A DNA stretch of 48,610 nucleotides, taken from assembly GCA_014859725.1 (NCBI GenBank), contig JACUTQ010000002.1:1-48610 (forward strand), read 5' to 3'. The stretch is from Methanosarcinales archaeon (lineage in GTDB: Archaea; Halobacteriota; Methanosarcinia; Methanosarcinales; Methanocomedenaceae). How positions within the stretch are numbered: the first letter of the stretch is position 1; each line of letters begins with the position of its first letter. The translations under genes and the position numbers were made by a program. Positions 29,412-39,000 of the stretch are shown in pieces. The notes beneath the pieces were generated by a model, which was not told the DNA's origin, did no database searches, and worked only from the letters and a program-made list of their open reading frames with translations.

Positions 29412-30443
29412 TTATTGTGTTACAGCATGTATACCCGGTGCAATATATGTAAGTAGATATGTAAAGACCAGGGCCATGAAACATAATATACCGATTATTG
29501 CCGTGGCACGCCACATGTTGCGCTTCTTCAAATAAATCCTGGTGTGCAGATAAGCAGAGTACAGCACCCACATCATGATGCTGCCATTGACCTTCGGGTC
29601 CCACCACCACGACTTACCTTCCCAGGCCACTACAGCCCAGGGATAACCGATGAGCATCCCCACGGTCAGCAGCAGGTACCCTACCCTGGCATGGCTGTAA
29701 GATATCCTGTCAAATATCTTCTCACGCCGGAATAACATGAATACACATCCGACAAAGGTAACAACAAGAGATGCATAAGCTATGAAAAGCATGGGTGGGT
29801 GGGTCCACATGTATTCTGAATTATAATAATATGTTAAACGGAAATACATCTGAATGAGAAATTGGAACAGCACATCAGGGTCTCCCATATTGCTTGCCTG
29901 GTACCAGTTCGTAATCTCCAGATGCACACCGGGAAGTGGTTCCCTGAACGGATTAGATATGAAATAAGTAAGCACAGCAAAGGCGGCAAACATTATATTA
30001 AGGCTTGATGAGAATATTGCAGTCATCTTGGTTTTTAGAAAATCATACCTTAAATTTGAAATTGCCAGGAATATTGAGATACATAAGGTCCAGAAATAGA
30101 GTTTTTCGGTCTCGATCCAGAGGGGAATGGCAAATCTCATGGCGTTTATCCTTACGCCTGTGGTTTGGGCAAAATAATTGGATAGTTCGGCAGGGTAGAC
30201 AAGTTCAATTGCCTGATAGATGCGAAGATGGAACCATGCAATAATAATAAATCCCAAAAACAGTAACAGTGTATCAACAATCCTGAGCTTTTCTGCAAAT
30301 ATGTATGCGCGGGTATCATTGGATAATATATGATAAATGGAAATTATACCAAGGAACAATGAAATTAGGAAAATTACAGTAATTATGGGCTGACCTATGG
30401 TGGTCACAGCTTCACGTACTGTGATGTATTCCTGGTAAGACAT
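29412..30443 (-). CDS. ccsA: Cytochrome c assembly protein (PF01578-type heme handling, CcsA-like WWD motif)
   Basis: The 343-aa polytopic protein carries GYPWAVVAWEGKSWWWDPKVNGSIMMWVLYSAYLHTR, which closely follows the CcsA pattern WG.YW.WDPKE...W..Y..YLH.R. Confidence 0.8.
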   Translation of the reverse strand: MSYQEYITVREAVTTIGQPIITVIFLISLFLGIISIYHILSNDTRAYIFAEKLRIVDTLLLFLGFIIIAWFHLRIYQAIELVYPAELSNYFAQTTGVRINAMRFAIPLWIETEKLYFWTLCISIFLAISNLRYDFLKTKMTAIFSSSLNIMFAAFAVLTYFISNPFREPLPGVHLEITNWYQASNMGDPDVLFQFLIQMYFRLTYYYNSEYMWTHPPMLFIAYASLVVTFVGCVFMLFRREKIFDRISYSHARVGYLLLTVGMLIGYPWAVVAWEGKSWWWDPKVNGSIMMWVLYSAYLHTRIYLKKRNMWRATAIIGILCFMALVFTYLLTYIAPGIHAVTQ

Positions 30444-30501
30444 CTTAGGTTAAATAAATCTAAAATATTAAAAATTTGATGCTCCCGCCTTCTGGCTGGA
30501 T

Positions 30502-30888
30502 TTATTCGGACAATGTTAGGGCACCATGGGGACACATGGTCACACAGGTCCCGCACTGGACGCATTTGCTAACGTCCATCTCGATACTCCAGTCATCCTT
30601 GAAGGATATCACGCCAGTAGGACATACCGAAATACATGCACCGCAATTGACACACTCATCATCGTCCTTGATAACAGGCAGCTCAAGTCGTATGATCCTT
30701 GCACCGCGTTTTTCAAAGGCTTTAGTGACTTCATCATACCTGTCCTGTGGCACATCTATTACCACTTCGCCTCCTTTTGGTTTAACATCTGCCCTATCGA
30801 TATTCAACAGTGCCTTAGTCTCAAGTATCACTTCTGCTATTAATGGCTTAGCTGTGATTTCCGGAGTAGCGTATAATGTGATCTTCAT
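30502..30888 (-). CDS. NIL-domain / 2x[4Fe-4S] ferredoxin protein (partner of the COG1900 homocysteine-biosynthesis protein)
   Basis: The 128-aa ORF has an N-terminal NIL-like domain followed by CVNCGACISVCP and CVQCGTCVTMCP. It starts 5 nt after the upstream COG1900 gene. Confidence 0.8.
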   Translation of the reverse strand: MKITLYATPEITAKPLIAEVILETKALLNIDRADVKPKGGEVVIDVPQDRYDEVTKAFEKRGARIIRLELPVIKDDDECVNCGACISVCPTGVISFKDDWSIEMDVSKCVQCGTCVTMCPHGALTLSE

Positions 30889-30893
30889 AATTC

Positions 30894-32402
30894 TTACCTC
30901 CTTGTCATCAGTTTACTGATATCATCGCTAGTAATAATCCCAACTACTATATTTTTGTTATTAATAACAGGCAGGGCACTGATATTATGCTGCTCGAGCT
31001 TACGTGCTGTAGTTTCTATAGGTTCAGTGATATCAGCAGTGATCACTGTCCTTGTCATGATATCATCCAATTTATCCCGTTTATTCTGCGCTACTGCTTT
31101 TGCCACGTCCCATGCTGTAATTATGCCCACCAGTTTATCTTCATCTGACACCACTGGCAAGTGGTTGAAATTGCCTTCCATTATGACTTTAGCTGCATCT
31201 TCTACTGTAAGTCCCTGTTTGATGGTGGTGACCCTTGAAGCCATTACATCGGCTACGGTGGGCTGTTCCTTGATCTGCTTCATGGGTTTGGATACACCCT
31301 CGTTTGGCAACCTTTCAACAGGCAGAGTTGGATAAAATAACCCCTTCCGGATAGATTCCTTTAATTCCAGGGCAATACCCCTGGCCTCATGGAAGCTTGA
31401 CATGGGTGATGTGGTCACTTCATTACCGTTAATGTCGATCATCCCCGACTTCAGTTCTTCGTATGTCACCTGTCGCAATACGGGACGACTTCTCCTTGCT
31501 ACGCCGTAATCAAGTACATTTGTAGTAATGTTTGCGTCGGTGACTGCTGTGGCTTTTGCAATATCGGCATTCAATATGGGTATAGGTATGCCGATGCCCA
31601 CATACAGCGATACTCCGTATTTATGGAAGGTTGCGCCCCTGACATATTTCTTGTTCATCTTCTTCAGGTCACCCTGAACCATGAGCGTCCCGAAATTGTT
31701 AGATGGGTCATGCTGTGTCCCCTCCCCTGTGATATACCCCTGAGCCCCGCACAGGAATATCCTGGTACCTACACCAATAGTCTGGTAGGTTGGATCATTG
31801 AATATGGGTGAGAGTACGCCAGCTGCCGAATATGTAGCATTTCCATTGTTGGGCAGCAGGGTTCCCATATAAGTATAAAGTGTTCTATCAGAACAATTGG
31901 TAGCAACATTATATTTTTGATAAGCATTCCTGGGATTCATCATCACTGCCTGGTTAATGTCATCAATAGTGACAGTGGTATCCAATACTTTTCTGGGATA
32001 ACAGTCGGTCCCGTGCGCTGTAGCATGGATATCCACAGACTTACCACAAACCAGGTCCTCAATGACATGGGCTCCTCCGTATTCCATACCCCTTGTCTCG
32101 CTCATCTGGGTGGCTCCGATATAAGCATCCACTGCTGCCAGGCCGCTATATGCTTCAACATCGTTAAGCCAGACCTTCTGCATCTTGATGGGTGGGTCAG
32201 AGTGTCCGAAATTCAACCATGCACCAGAAGAGCACATAGCTCCAAAGGTGCCTGTAGTAACAATATCAACTTCCCTGGCTGCGCCTTCTGGCCCCAGTTC
32301 TGCCACGATATGTGGCATCTCTTCGGCTGTAACCACATGGACGCTGCCGTCTGCGATTCTTGCATTAATATCCTGTATAGTTTTTTCTCCCATGGCAATC
32401 AC
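30894..32402 (-). CDS. COG1900 (DUF39) protein with C-terminal tandem CBS domains; aspartate-semialdehyde sulfurtransferase-type homocysteine biosynthesis protein
   Basis: The 502-aa ORF has the DUF39-type N-terminal region (..VVTAEEM..VDIVTTGTFGAMCSSGA..). Two CBS repeats (..HLPVVSDEDKLVGIITAWDV.., ..ALPVINNKNIVVGIITSDDI..) follow. Confidence 0.8.
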   Translation of the reverse strand: MIAMGEKTIQDINARIADGSVHVVTAEEMPHIVAELGPEGAAREVDIVTTGTFGAMCSSGAWLNFGHSDPPIKMQKVWLNDVEAYSGLAAVDAYIGATQMSETRGMEYGGAHVIEDLVCGKSVDIHATAHGTDCYPRKVLDTTVTIDDINQAVMMNPRNAYQKYNVATNCSDRTLYTYMGTLLPNNGNATYSAAGVLSPIFNDPTYQTIGVGTRIFLCGAQGYITGEGTQHDPSNNFGTLMVQGDLKKMNKKYVRGATFHKYGVSLYVGIGIPIPILNADIAKATAVTDANITTNVLDYGVARRSRPVLRQVTYEELKSGMIDINGNEVTTSPMSSFHEARGIALELKESIRKGLFYPTLPVERLPNEGVSKPMKQIKEQPTVADVMASRVTTIKQGLTVEDAAKVIMEGNFNHLPVVSDEDKLVGIITAWDVAKAVAQNKRDKLDDIMTRTVITADITEPIETTARKLEQHNISALPVINNKNIVVGIITSDDISKLMTRR

Positions 32403-32622
32403 ACATGATGTAATAAATGTGCATCATATATATTACTTATGGTAATATGTGTGGGGAAATTAATGTAACTATTTTATTCACCAACACCCGCAACCCACGC
32501 ATTCCGTATTATATTATAATAAACATCACATCAGGAGAAGATAACCTTCTCTTCGGATTGCTATTTCATGAGAAAATACTCGCAGAAGCTCGCATTTATA
32601 AATATGAAACTTGGAATATTAT

Positions 32623-34518
32623 TTAGGCACGTTTTAGTTGTAATGGTGATATATTATCACCATATTTCTCCTGTGCTGCAATCAGTCTTTGCTTTTGCTT
32701 TTCCAGCACCTCAAATAATGTCTGTGGTGTATCAGCTACTTTTGTTTTGTAGAACTCCTGCACTCGATCGATCTTGGCTAAATTTTCCGGTACACGCACA
32801 GAGAATTGCTTAATGTAATCCTCTTTTGAATAGTCTTTATTAAGCACTTCCAGGAACAGCTTATTAAGGTCCTCATATTTTGGTATGAACCCGGTGGGCG
32901 TTTCTATTGCCTCAACTTCGTTATGCGAACGCAGTTCCATCCATTTAAGCCACACAGCCTTATCTGTTTTATCATTTGTGAACTTCCCTTCCCTGTCTTT
33001 AAGGAAATAATTAACAGAGTATATTGACGGTGAATTATTCAATTTAGCACCAAAATCCAGATGACTCTCTATGTATCTTCCAATAGGTATAGACAGGAAA
33101 TCCAGGTTTGACATTGGATTGATTTTTCTAACACCTTCTTTTCCCAGTGTAGCAGCAGTAGTTTCTGATTCCAGTGCAGCACCCATAGTGATAACACCAT
33201 GTACCCAATCAAAAGATTCCTCAACAGGCACTTTTGTGTCCGAATCACGTCCACCGTATATTATCCCACCTACCAGCACACCTTCAGGATCATTGAGTTT
33301 TGGATCCACATTATCCAATAATTGCATATCAAGTGTGAACCTGGCATTCGGATGTGAAGTCGTTATTAAATTACCGTTTTCGTCTTTCTTTCCAGGTGTC
33401 CATTCCCCTGCATAATTGAACCCTTTTTCAGGCTCTTCACCATCTTTGCCTATCCAGTGGACGTCTTTCTCTTCTGTGACAAGTATATTGGAGAATATTA
33501 CCTCACCCGGGTTGTGAAGCGCTTTCCAGATCAGGGGGTCGTCTACTGAGTTTACGCCCTGAATTATCCCGAACATACCGTTCTCGGGATTGACTGCATG
33601 TATTACGCCATCCATATTCCTGAGGTAGGCTATATCATCACCAACAATCGACTCTCCGGGCAGCATGGAAGTAGATGTTTTTCCGCAGAGCGAAGGAAAC
33701 GCACCAGTAAAATAGGTTACCCTTTCGGATGGCCCATGCACACCCATGATGAACATATGCTCTGTGAGCCAGCCTTCTTTTGAGGCTCTTTTTATCGCAG
33801 GGCGCATAGCTAACTTTTTAAGCCCTAATGTATTCCCGCCATATTGTGTATTCGTACTAAATACAATCTCGTCTTCAAGATCAATATAAACCCGGCGTTC
33901 ATCAATGTTCTTGGAAGTCTTTCTCTCATCCAGCTCTCCTGCTGAATGTACAAACTTTAAAAAACGTGCCGATCGCCCCAATCTTACGAACTCTTCGTAT
34001 CCCTGCCTATATAACTGATCCTCTGAGTGCGCAACATAACCTGAATCGGTAATTTGAACTGCGGGTATGGAGAATTGTGAATTGAGTGGTCCCAGACAAA
34101 AGAAACGTATGAACAGCTGGTTCCCCTGCATTATGTCTTTTAAATTCTGGCGAATTTCCTTAAGCCCCTCCTCTCGGTCCATAGCATTTATATTTTGTCC
34201 TAATTCAACACCCTGCGGCAAAAGGTACTTAGAATTATCCTTATCCCTGGCCTGATCATGATAACCGTCAAAATGATAAGTATGACCTTCTACTGCAAGC
34301 TCCATTTCCTCTCCTGCTTTGATCGTCTCCTGCCTGACATACAGGATATCCTCAGGTGAATCTGTGCAGACAAATATTTTCTCAGGGTTGCAAAGCTCAA
34401 TATATTTTGCAATAAATTGATATAGATTAGGATTATCTATTTTAATGAGTTTCTGGTAATTTCCCTCACCTAACCTTGCTTTTAACATCTCCAATGTTCC
34501 ATTATCCGTCGTATTCAT
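32623..34518 (-). CDS. pckG: Phosphoenolpyruvate carboxykinase (GTP)
   Basis: The 631-aa ORF carries the kinase-1a region FPSLCGKTSTSML plus NPENGMFGI and GGRDSD motifs typical of GTP-PEPCK. Confidence 0.9.
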   Translation of the reverse strand: MNTTDNGTLEMLKARLGEGNYQKLIKIDNPNLYQFIAKYIELCNPEKIFVCTDSPEDILYVRQETIKAGEEMELAVEGHTYHFDGYHDQARDKDNSKYLLPQGVELGQNINAMDREEGLKEIRQNLKDIMQGNQLFIRFFCLGPLNSQFSIPAVQITDSGYVAHSEDQLYRQGYEEFVRLGRSARFLKFVHSAGELDERKTSKNIDERRVYIDLEDEIVFSTNTQYGGNTLGLKKLAMRPAIKRASKEGWLTEHMFIMGVHGPSERVTYFTGAFPSLCGKTSTSMLPGESIVGDDIAYLRNMDGVIHAVNPENGMFGIIQGVNSVDDPLIWKALHNPGEVIFSNILVTEEKDVHWIGKDGEEPEKGFNYAGEWTPGKKDENGNLITTSHPNARFTLDMQLLDNVDPKLNDPEGVLVGGIIYGGRDSDTKVPVEESFDWVHGVITMGAALESETTAATLGKEGVRKINPMSNLDFLSIPIGRYIESHLDFGAKLNNSPSIYSVNYFLKDREGKFTNDKTDKAVWLKWMELRSHNEVEAIETPTGFIPKYEDLNKLFLEVLNKDYSKEDYIKQFSVRVPENLAKIDRVQEFYKTKVADTPQTLFEVLEKQKQRLIAAQEKYGDNISPLQLKRA

Positions 34519-34597
34519 GTTCCAAAACCATTCATACTCATCGTTATTAAATATATCGTTGAAGGTTGTCCAACCTATCCCCTGTGACTAATGTATT

Positions 34598-34966
34598 TTA
34601 TTCAGTAAGAATATTAAGCATAGATATGATCTTAATACCAGATCCAGTTAAATAATATATCTGAAAATTACCATCACGACGGGAATCCACTATCCCGGCG
34701 TCTTTTAATAATTTAAGATGGTATGAAAGAGCAGGATATTTATAATCAGTAATTTCCACCAATACACAAACACACAGGTCACATAGTTCCAGAGCTTTTA
34801 GGATTCGAATCCTTACAGGATCGGATAAGACCTTAAATAATGATGAAATCTGGTCCATATCTTCTTGCATCACATTTTTGACTTTATTTTCCAGATCATG
34901 TGAGAGTTGGTACGGGATGGTGCATTCACTGTTTTCTTCAAATATTCTCATAGGTGTTTCAGGCAT
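34598..34966 (-). CDS. ArsR/SmtB-family transcriptional regulator
   Basis: The winged-HTH region reads FKVLSDPVRIRILKALELCDLCVCVLVEITDYKYPALSYHLKLLKDAGIV. Confidence 0.8.
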   Translation of the reverse strand: MPETPMRIFEENSECTIPYQLSHDLENKVKNVMQEDMDQISSLFKVLSDPVRIRILKALELCDLCVCVLVEITDYKYPALSYHLKLLKDAGIVDSRRDGNFQIYYLTGSGIKIISMLNILTE

Positions 34967-34983
34967 GATCGTAAACTTGTTAT

Positions 34984-35727
34984 CTATGTTAAGTTGTAAA
35001 TAATCTTTGCAGCCATTATCAGGAGGACAATGCCCAATATTTTCAGAATCGTTTTTGATTCTACATGAGAAACCATAATCCTGGACCCTATCTGTGCACC
35101 GACAAATGCTGCAATCCCTGTATATACCATAATATCGGAATCAATATTGCCTATTCCAACATGGCCTAACAATCCCGAAAGAGACGTGAAAAAAACAAAA
35201 ACGGCAGAGGTCGCTGAAGCGGTCTTTGCTTTAAATCCAATCAATAAAAGTAAAGGTATGGCAAACACGCCGCCGCCAAGGCCCAATAGACCGGCCGCAA
35301 AACCGATAACCATTCCGGAAATTCCTGCTATTAGAATGGTTTTGTTAGTAGAGGTGGGGGTCATTAATTTTGGTTTAAATGGTAGGAACATCCTTATGCC
35401 AGCTATTGTAAGAACAACTGCAAACAGGGCCAGAATGATATTATCGTTCAAGAATTGGTATGTATATGCCCCTAAGGGTGCAAATAACACTGATGTTATT
35501 ATCAATGGAGATGCGAAGCCCAAAGCGATCATTTTCTCTTTATAATATGTCACAGAAGCCGAACCGGCTGTGATGCAATTGAGCAGCAAAGCCGTGGGTA
35601 TGGCAATTTCAAAAGGAATTCCAAGCCAGTAGAACAAGGGCACATAAATTATTGCACCCCCCAGACCTACAATGGAAAATACAATAGAAACAAAAAAAAC
35701 GATCAGTAATATTATTATAAATTCCAT
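34984..35727 (-). CDS. TauE/SafE (DUF81) family anion exporter-like membrane protein
   Basis: The 247-aa protein has 7-8 TM helices and duplicated G-rich motifs GLGGAIIYVPL and GLGGGVFAIPLL. Confidence 0.8.
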   Translation of the reverse strand: MEFIIILLIVFFVSIVFSIVGLGGAIIYVPLFYWLGIPFEIAIPTALLLNCITAGSASVTYYKEKMIALGFASPLIITSVLFAPLGAYTYQFLNDNIILALFAVVLTIAGIRMFLPFKPKLMTPTSTNKTILIAGISGMVIGFAAGLLGLGGGVFAIPLLLLIGFKAKTASATSAVFVFFTSLSGLLGHVGIGNIDSDIMVYTGIAAFVGAQIGSRIMVSHVESKTILKILGIVLLIMAAKIIYNLT

Positions 35728-36132
35728 AGGTCAGGATTAATAAAGCGGTTTCTAGGCTAGCATTATTTCTTTAAATTTTTCGGCGGGAATATCCATTTCC
35801 ACAAACAACGCATTCAGCAGTGCAATGACGCAAGATTAACTCCGCTGCGGGTTGTGACAAGCGAGGCTTCAACTCCCCCAATAGTCTTAAAACTGATCAC
35901 CAGTTCTGTTAAACTTGATATGAGGTCTTGTGCCATAGATAAAACCCATTATACCTTTTTACAGGCATTTTTGATAATTATGAATTTATCTTTGCTCATA
36001 AATTAAACACAATATAAGGTTACCGATGTTATTATATACATTATTATTATTATAAAGATATATTCTTATTTAAATACCTTTAAATTGATGTGGAATATAA
36101 TTCAATAGAATAACAATGAGGGGAAAATAACA

Positions 36133-37755
36133 TTGGCAAGAGATTCGATCGGAGTAATTTTCGGGAAAACCGGAACACATGAATTTAGTTTTGCTGTGCC
36201 TGATAGCAGCCTGGTAAAACGTACTGATTATGTGAAAGTATGGCATGAGAATGAAGGCTGGACATTGGCACAAGTTATATCAATGACAAGCAGCAGTGAA
36301 GATTTTAAGCTAAATCAGGCTTCCGAAGCAGCCGGAGGCGCAAATGTTGAAAGTCCTGAAAGCAAACTTGTGGCTGAAGCTTCAGTAATTGGAAGCCGGA
36401 GCAAGGATGGATTATTAAGAGCGCCACGTACTCCATTTTCTCCCGGGGATAAGGTGTTTGCAGCAGATCATGACCTGATACGCTCGACCCTTGGATTGTC
36501 GCACGGTGATATTTATATCGGGTTATTGGAAGGGCAGGGTATTAAGGTATATCTTGGCATGGACAACCTGATACAGAAACATTGCAGTATCCTTGCAAAG
36601 ACGGGCAGCGGGAAATCATATACTGCCAGCGTGATACTTGAGGAATTGCTTGAGAGAAAGGTTCCGCTGCTTATCATTGATCCCCACGGAGAGTATGGGT
36701 CACTGAAGGAACCGGGCTCATTTGACCAGAAAGCTTTTTATGAAAAATACGGAGTATCGCCGAAAGGATATGAGTCAGTTATCACTGTATATACTCCGGC
36801 AAATAAAGTACTGAACCCGGATGCTGATGAATTATTCAGGCTGGATGGCAAAAATATGGCTCCAAAGGACCTTATGCAGATCCTTCCTGATGAGAAATCC
36901 AGTAATCAGCAGGGACTGCTGTATGAAGCTATTACTAAGATCAAGGCCGAGCAGGAATCTTATGATCTTGAAGATATTATTTTTGAAGTGGGGAATAATA
37001 AGAGCAAGATGAAATGGAATGTGATCTCATCCCTGGAATCTTTGCGGGAAGCCGATATCTTATCAGACCAACCCACTACTATCAGTGAGCTGTTTGTCCC
37101 GGGTCGGGCTGCCATTATCGATATGAAAGGTGTTGAGCCAAAACTGCAGAATATGATGGTTGCAAAGCTGTGCACTGACCTATTCGAGGCAAGGAAATTG
37201 GGGCAGATCCCGGCCGGAATGCTGGTGGTGGAAGAGGCCCATAATTTCTGTCCTGAAAGGGGATTTGATAAGACCGCAAGTACTGAGATCCTGCGAACCA
37301 TCGCATCAGAGGGCCGGAAATTCGGTTTGGGCCTGCTGGTGATCAGCCAGAGGCCGGCCAGGGTGGATAAGAACGTTCTGAGCCAGTGCAATACCCAGGT
37401 GATAATGAAGATGACCAATCCTAACGATCTGAAGGCAATCAGCAAGGGTCTGGAAGGTATCAGCAGTGAGGTGGAGGAGGAATTGAAACGCCTGCCGCCC
37501 GGGGTGGCAATGCTTGTCTCTAATGATATTGAGCATCCGGTACTTGTGGATATCAGAGTGAGAAAGAGCAAGCACGGCGGGGAAGCAGGGAAGATGGTAA
37601 AACCGATACCTATCCAGGAAGAGTTATCTGCAGAGGAGCCAAAACGGCAGGTTATTAAACCTGATATGCAGCCAGTGAATGTGCCTCCCAGAAAGGAACC
37701 TCAGAAGTCGGAAGGAAGCAGTCTGTTTAGAAAGGTGTTCGGTTCCGGGAAATAA
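36133..37755 (+). CDS. HerA-like (DUF87) hexameric ATPase with N-terminal HAS-barrel
   Basis: The TTG start follows GAGGGG. The HAS-barrel-like N-terminus is IGVIFGKTGTHEFSFAV..YVKVWH. Walker A is ILAKTGSGKSYTASV and Walker B is GMLVVEEAHNF, with VISQRPARVD also present. Confidence 0.8.
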   Translation: MARDSIGVIFGKTGTHEFSFAVPDSSLVKRTDYVKVWHENEGWTLAQVISMTSSSEDFKLNQASEAAGGANVESPESKLVAEASVIGSRSKDGLLRAPRTPFSPGDKVFAADHDLIRSTLGLSHGDIYIGLLEGQGIKVYLGMDNLIQKHCSILAKTGSGKSYTASVILEELLERKVPLLIIDPHGEYGSLKEPGSFDQKAFYEKYGVSPKGYESVITVYTPANKVLNPDADELFRLDGKNMAPKDLMQILPDEKSSNQQGLLYEAITKIKAEQESYDLEDIIFEVGNNKSKMKWNVISSLESLREADILSDQPTTISELFVPGRAAIIDMKGVEPKLQNMMVAKLCTDLFEARKLGQIPAGMLVVEEAHNFCPERGFDKTASTEILRTIASEGRKFGLGLLVISQRPARVDKNVLSQCNTQVIMKMTNPNDLKAISKGLEGISSEVEEELKRLPPGVAMLVSNDIEHPVLVDIRVRKSKHGGEAGKMVKPIPIQEELSAEEPKRQVIKPDMQPVNVPPRKEPQKSEGSSLFRKVFGSGK

Positions 37756-37758
37756 TAT

Positions 37759-39000
37759 TTATTTTTTTGAACGATACCGGGCCGCAGCCTCTTTCAAAGC
37801 TTCGATACCAGGCAGTTTCTCTCCTGCCAGAAAATCGATACACGCCCCGCCGCCCGTGGATACATGGTCCAACCTTGAATCCATACCCAGCTGTTGCACT
37901 ACTGCAGCGCTATGGCCGCCCCCGATCACACTGAACCCCGCCCGGGTGGCTGCCTGCATCAATTCCACCGTGCCTAAAGCGAAAGCATCCTTCTCGAACA
38001 TTCCAGCCGGGCCGTTCATGATAACTGTCCCTGCGGCCTTGATCTCTTCTGAGAATGCCACAATGGTCTCCAGTCCTATGTCCAGGATGGGCAGGCCAGA
38101 ATTATGGTTCTTATTAATCACATCGATGTATTCCTCAATACGTTCATTATTCTTATCCAGAGCCACATCAATGGGAAGTCCGATCTTATCATTGAATCTT
38201 TTCAGGAGCTTTTTGGCGATTTTTATCTGGTCAAAATAACCCTGTGACTGAATGAATTCCAAATTAGTTTTGCCGATATCCACACCTTTGGCTGCGAGGA
38301 AAACATTGGCTACTACTCCTGTCAGCAGTACCCTGTTAGCATTATTATTTGCCAATACAAATTCCGTGACCTTTAATGAATCATCCACCTTAGTGCCTCC
38401 CAGCACAAATATTGTGGGTCCGTCACTGTCATGTTCTCCCCTGCTCAAAGATGTGATCTCCTTATCCATCAACCTGCCCACCAGGCTAGGAAGAGTCCAT
38501 GTAAATCCCATAATAGACAGGTGCGAGCGGTGAGAGACACCAAATGCATCATTCATATAAAAATCCATAAAAGGGGATAAACGCTTTACCATATGAGACG
38601 AGGCATGTTCCTGGGCTGACCGTTTCAAACTCTCTTCAGAAAAGAACCTGACATTCTCCAGCATAAGAATGTCTCCCTTCTTAAGTTTCTTTATCTCTGA
38701 AATGGCATTAGAGCCGAAAATATCATCTACATATGTTATGTCCCTGTCCAGAAGTCGTGACAATTGCTTTGCATGGGGTTCCATTGTAGTAAAATCACTT
38801 TTACCTGGCCGGCTTTGGTGGCTCATAAGTACCAGCTTTGACTCCTCCAGTTCCTTTACTGTAGTAAGAGAACTCCTGAACCGTTTATCATCAAGTATCC
38901 CGTTTTCAGGACCCATGGGCGAATTTAAGTCCAGCCTGCAAAGAACTGTTTTTCCCGAAAGATCAAAATCATCAATAGTAAGGTAATCTCTGGTTGACAA
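37759..39000 (-). CDS. pgk: Phosphoglycerate kinase
   Basis: The 413-aa ORF starts with TTG and carries LCRLDLNSPM, LMSHQSRPG, FVLGGTKVDD, GPAGMFE and STGGGA. Confidence 0.92.
   Translation of the reverse strand: MSTRDYLTIDDFDLSGKTVLCRLDLNSPMGPENGILDDKRFRSSLTTVKELEESKLVLMSHQSRPGKSDFTTMEPHAKQLSRLLDRDITYVDDIFGSNAISEIKKLKKGDILMLENVRFFSEESLKRSAQEHASSHMVKRLSPFMDFYMNDAFGVSHRSHLSIMGFTWTLPSLVGRLMDKEITSLSRGEHDSDGPTIFVLGGTKVDDSLKVTEFVLANNNANRVLLTGVVANVFLAAKGVDIGKTNLEFIQSQGYFDQIKIAKKLLKRFNDKIGLPIDVALDKNNERIEEYIDVINKNHNSGLPILDIGLETIVAFSEEIKAAGTVIMNGPAGMFEKDAFALGTVELMQAATRAGFSVIGGGHSAAVVQQLGMDSRLDHVSTGGGACIDFLAGEKLPGIEALKEAAARYRSKK

Noticed and set aside
32417-32813. Plus-strand ORFs 32417..32626 and 32568..32813 in and next to the COG1900/pckG intergenic region.
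   Set aside because: They are short and AT-rich. One overlaps the pckG 3' end in antisense. No motif or ribosome-binding site was seen.
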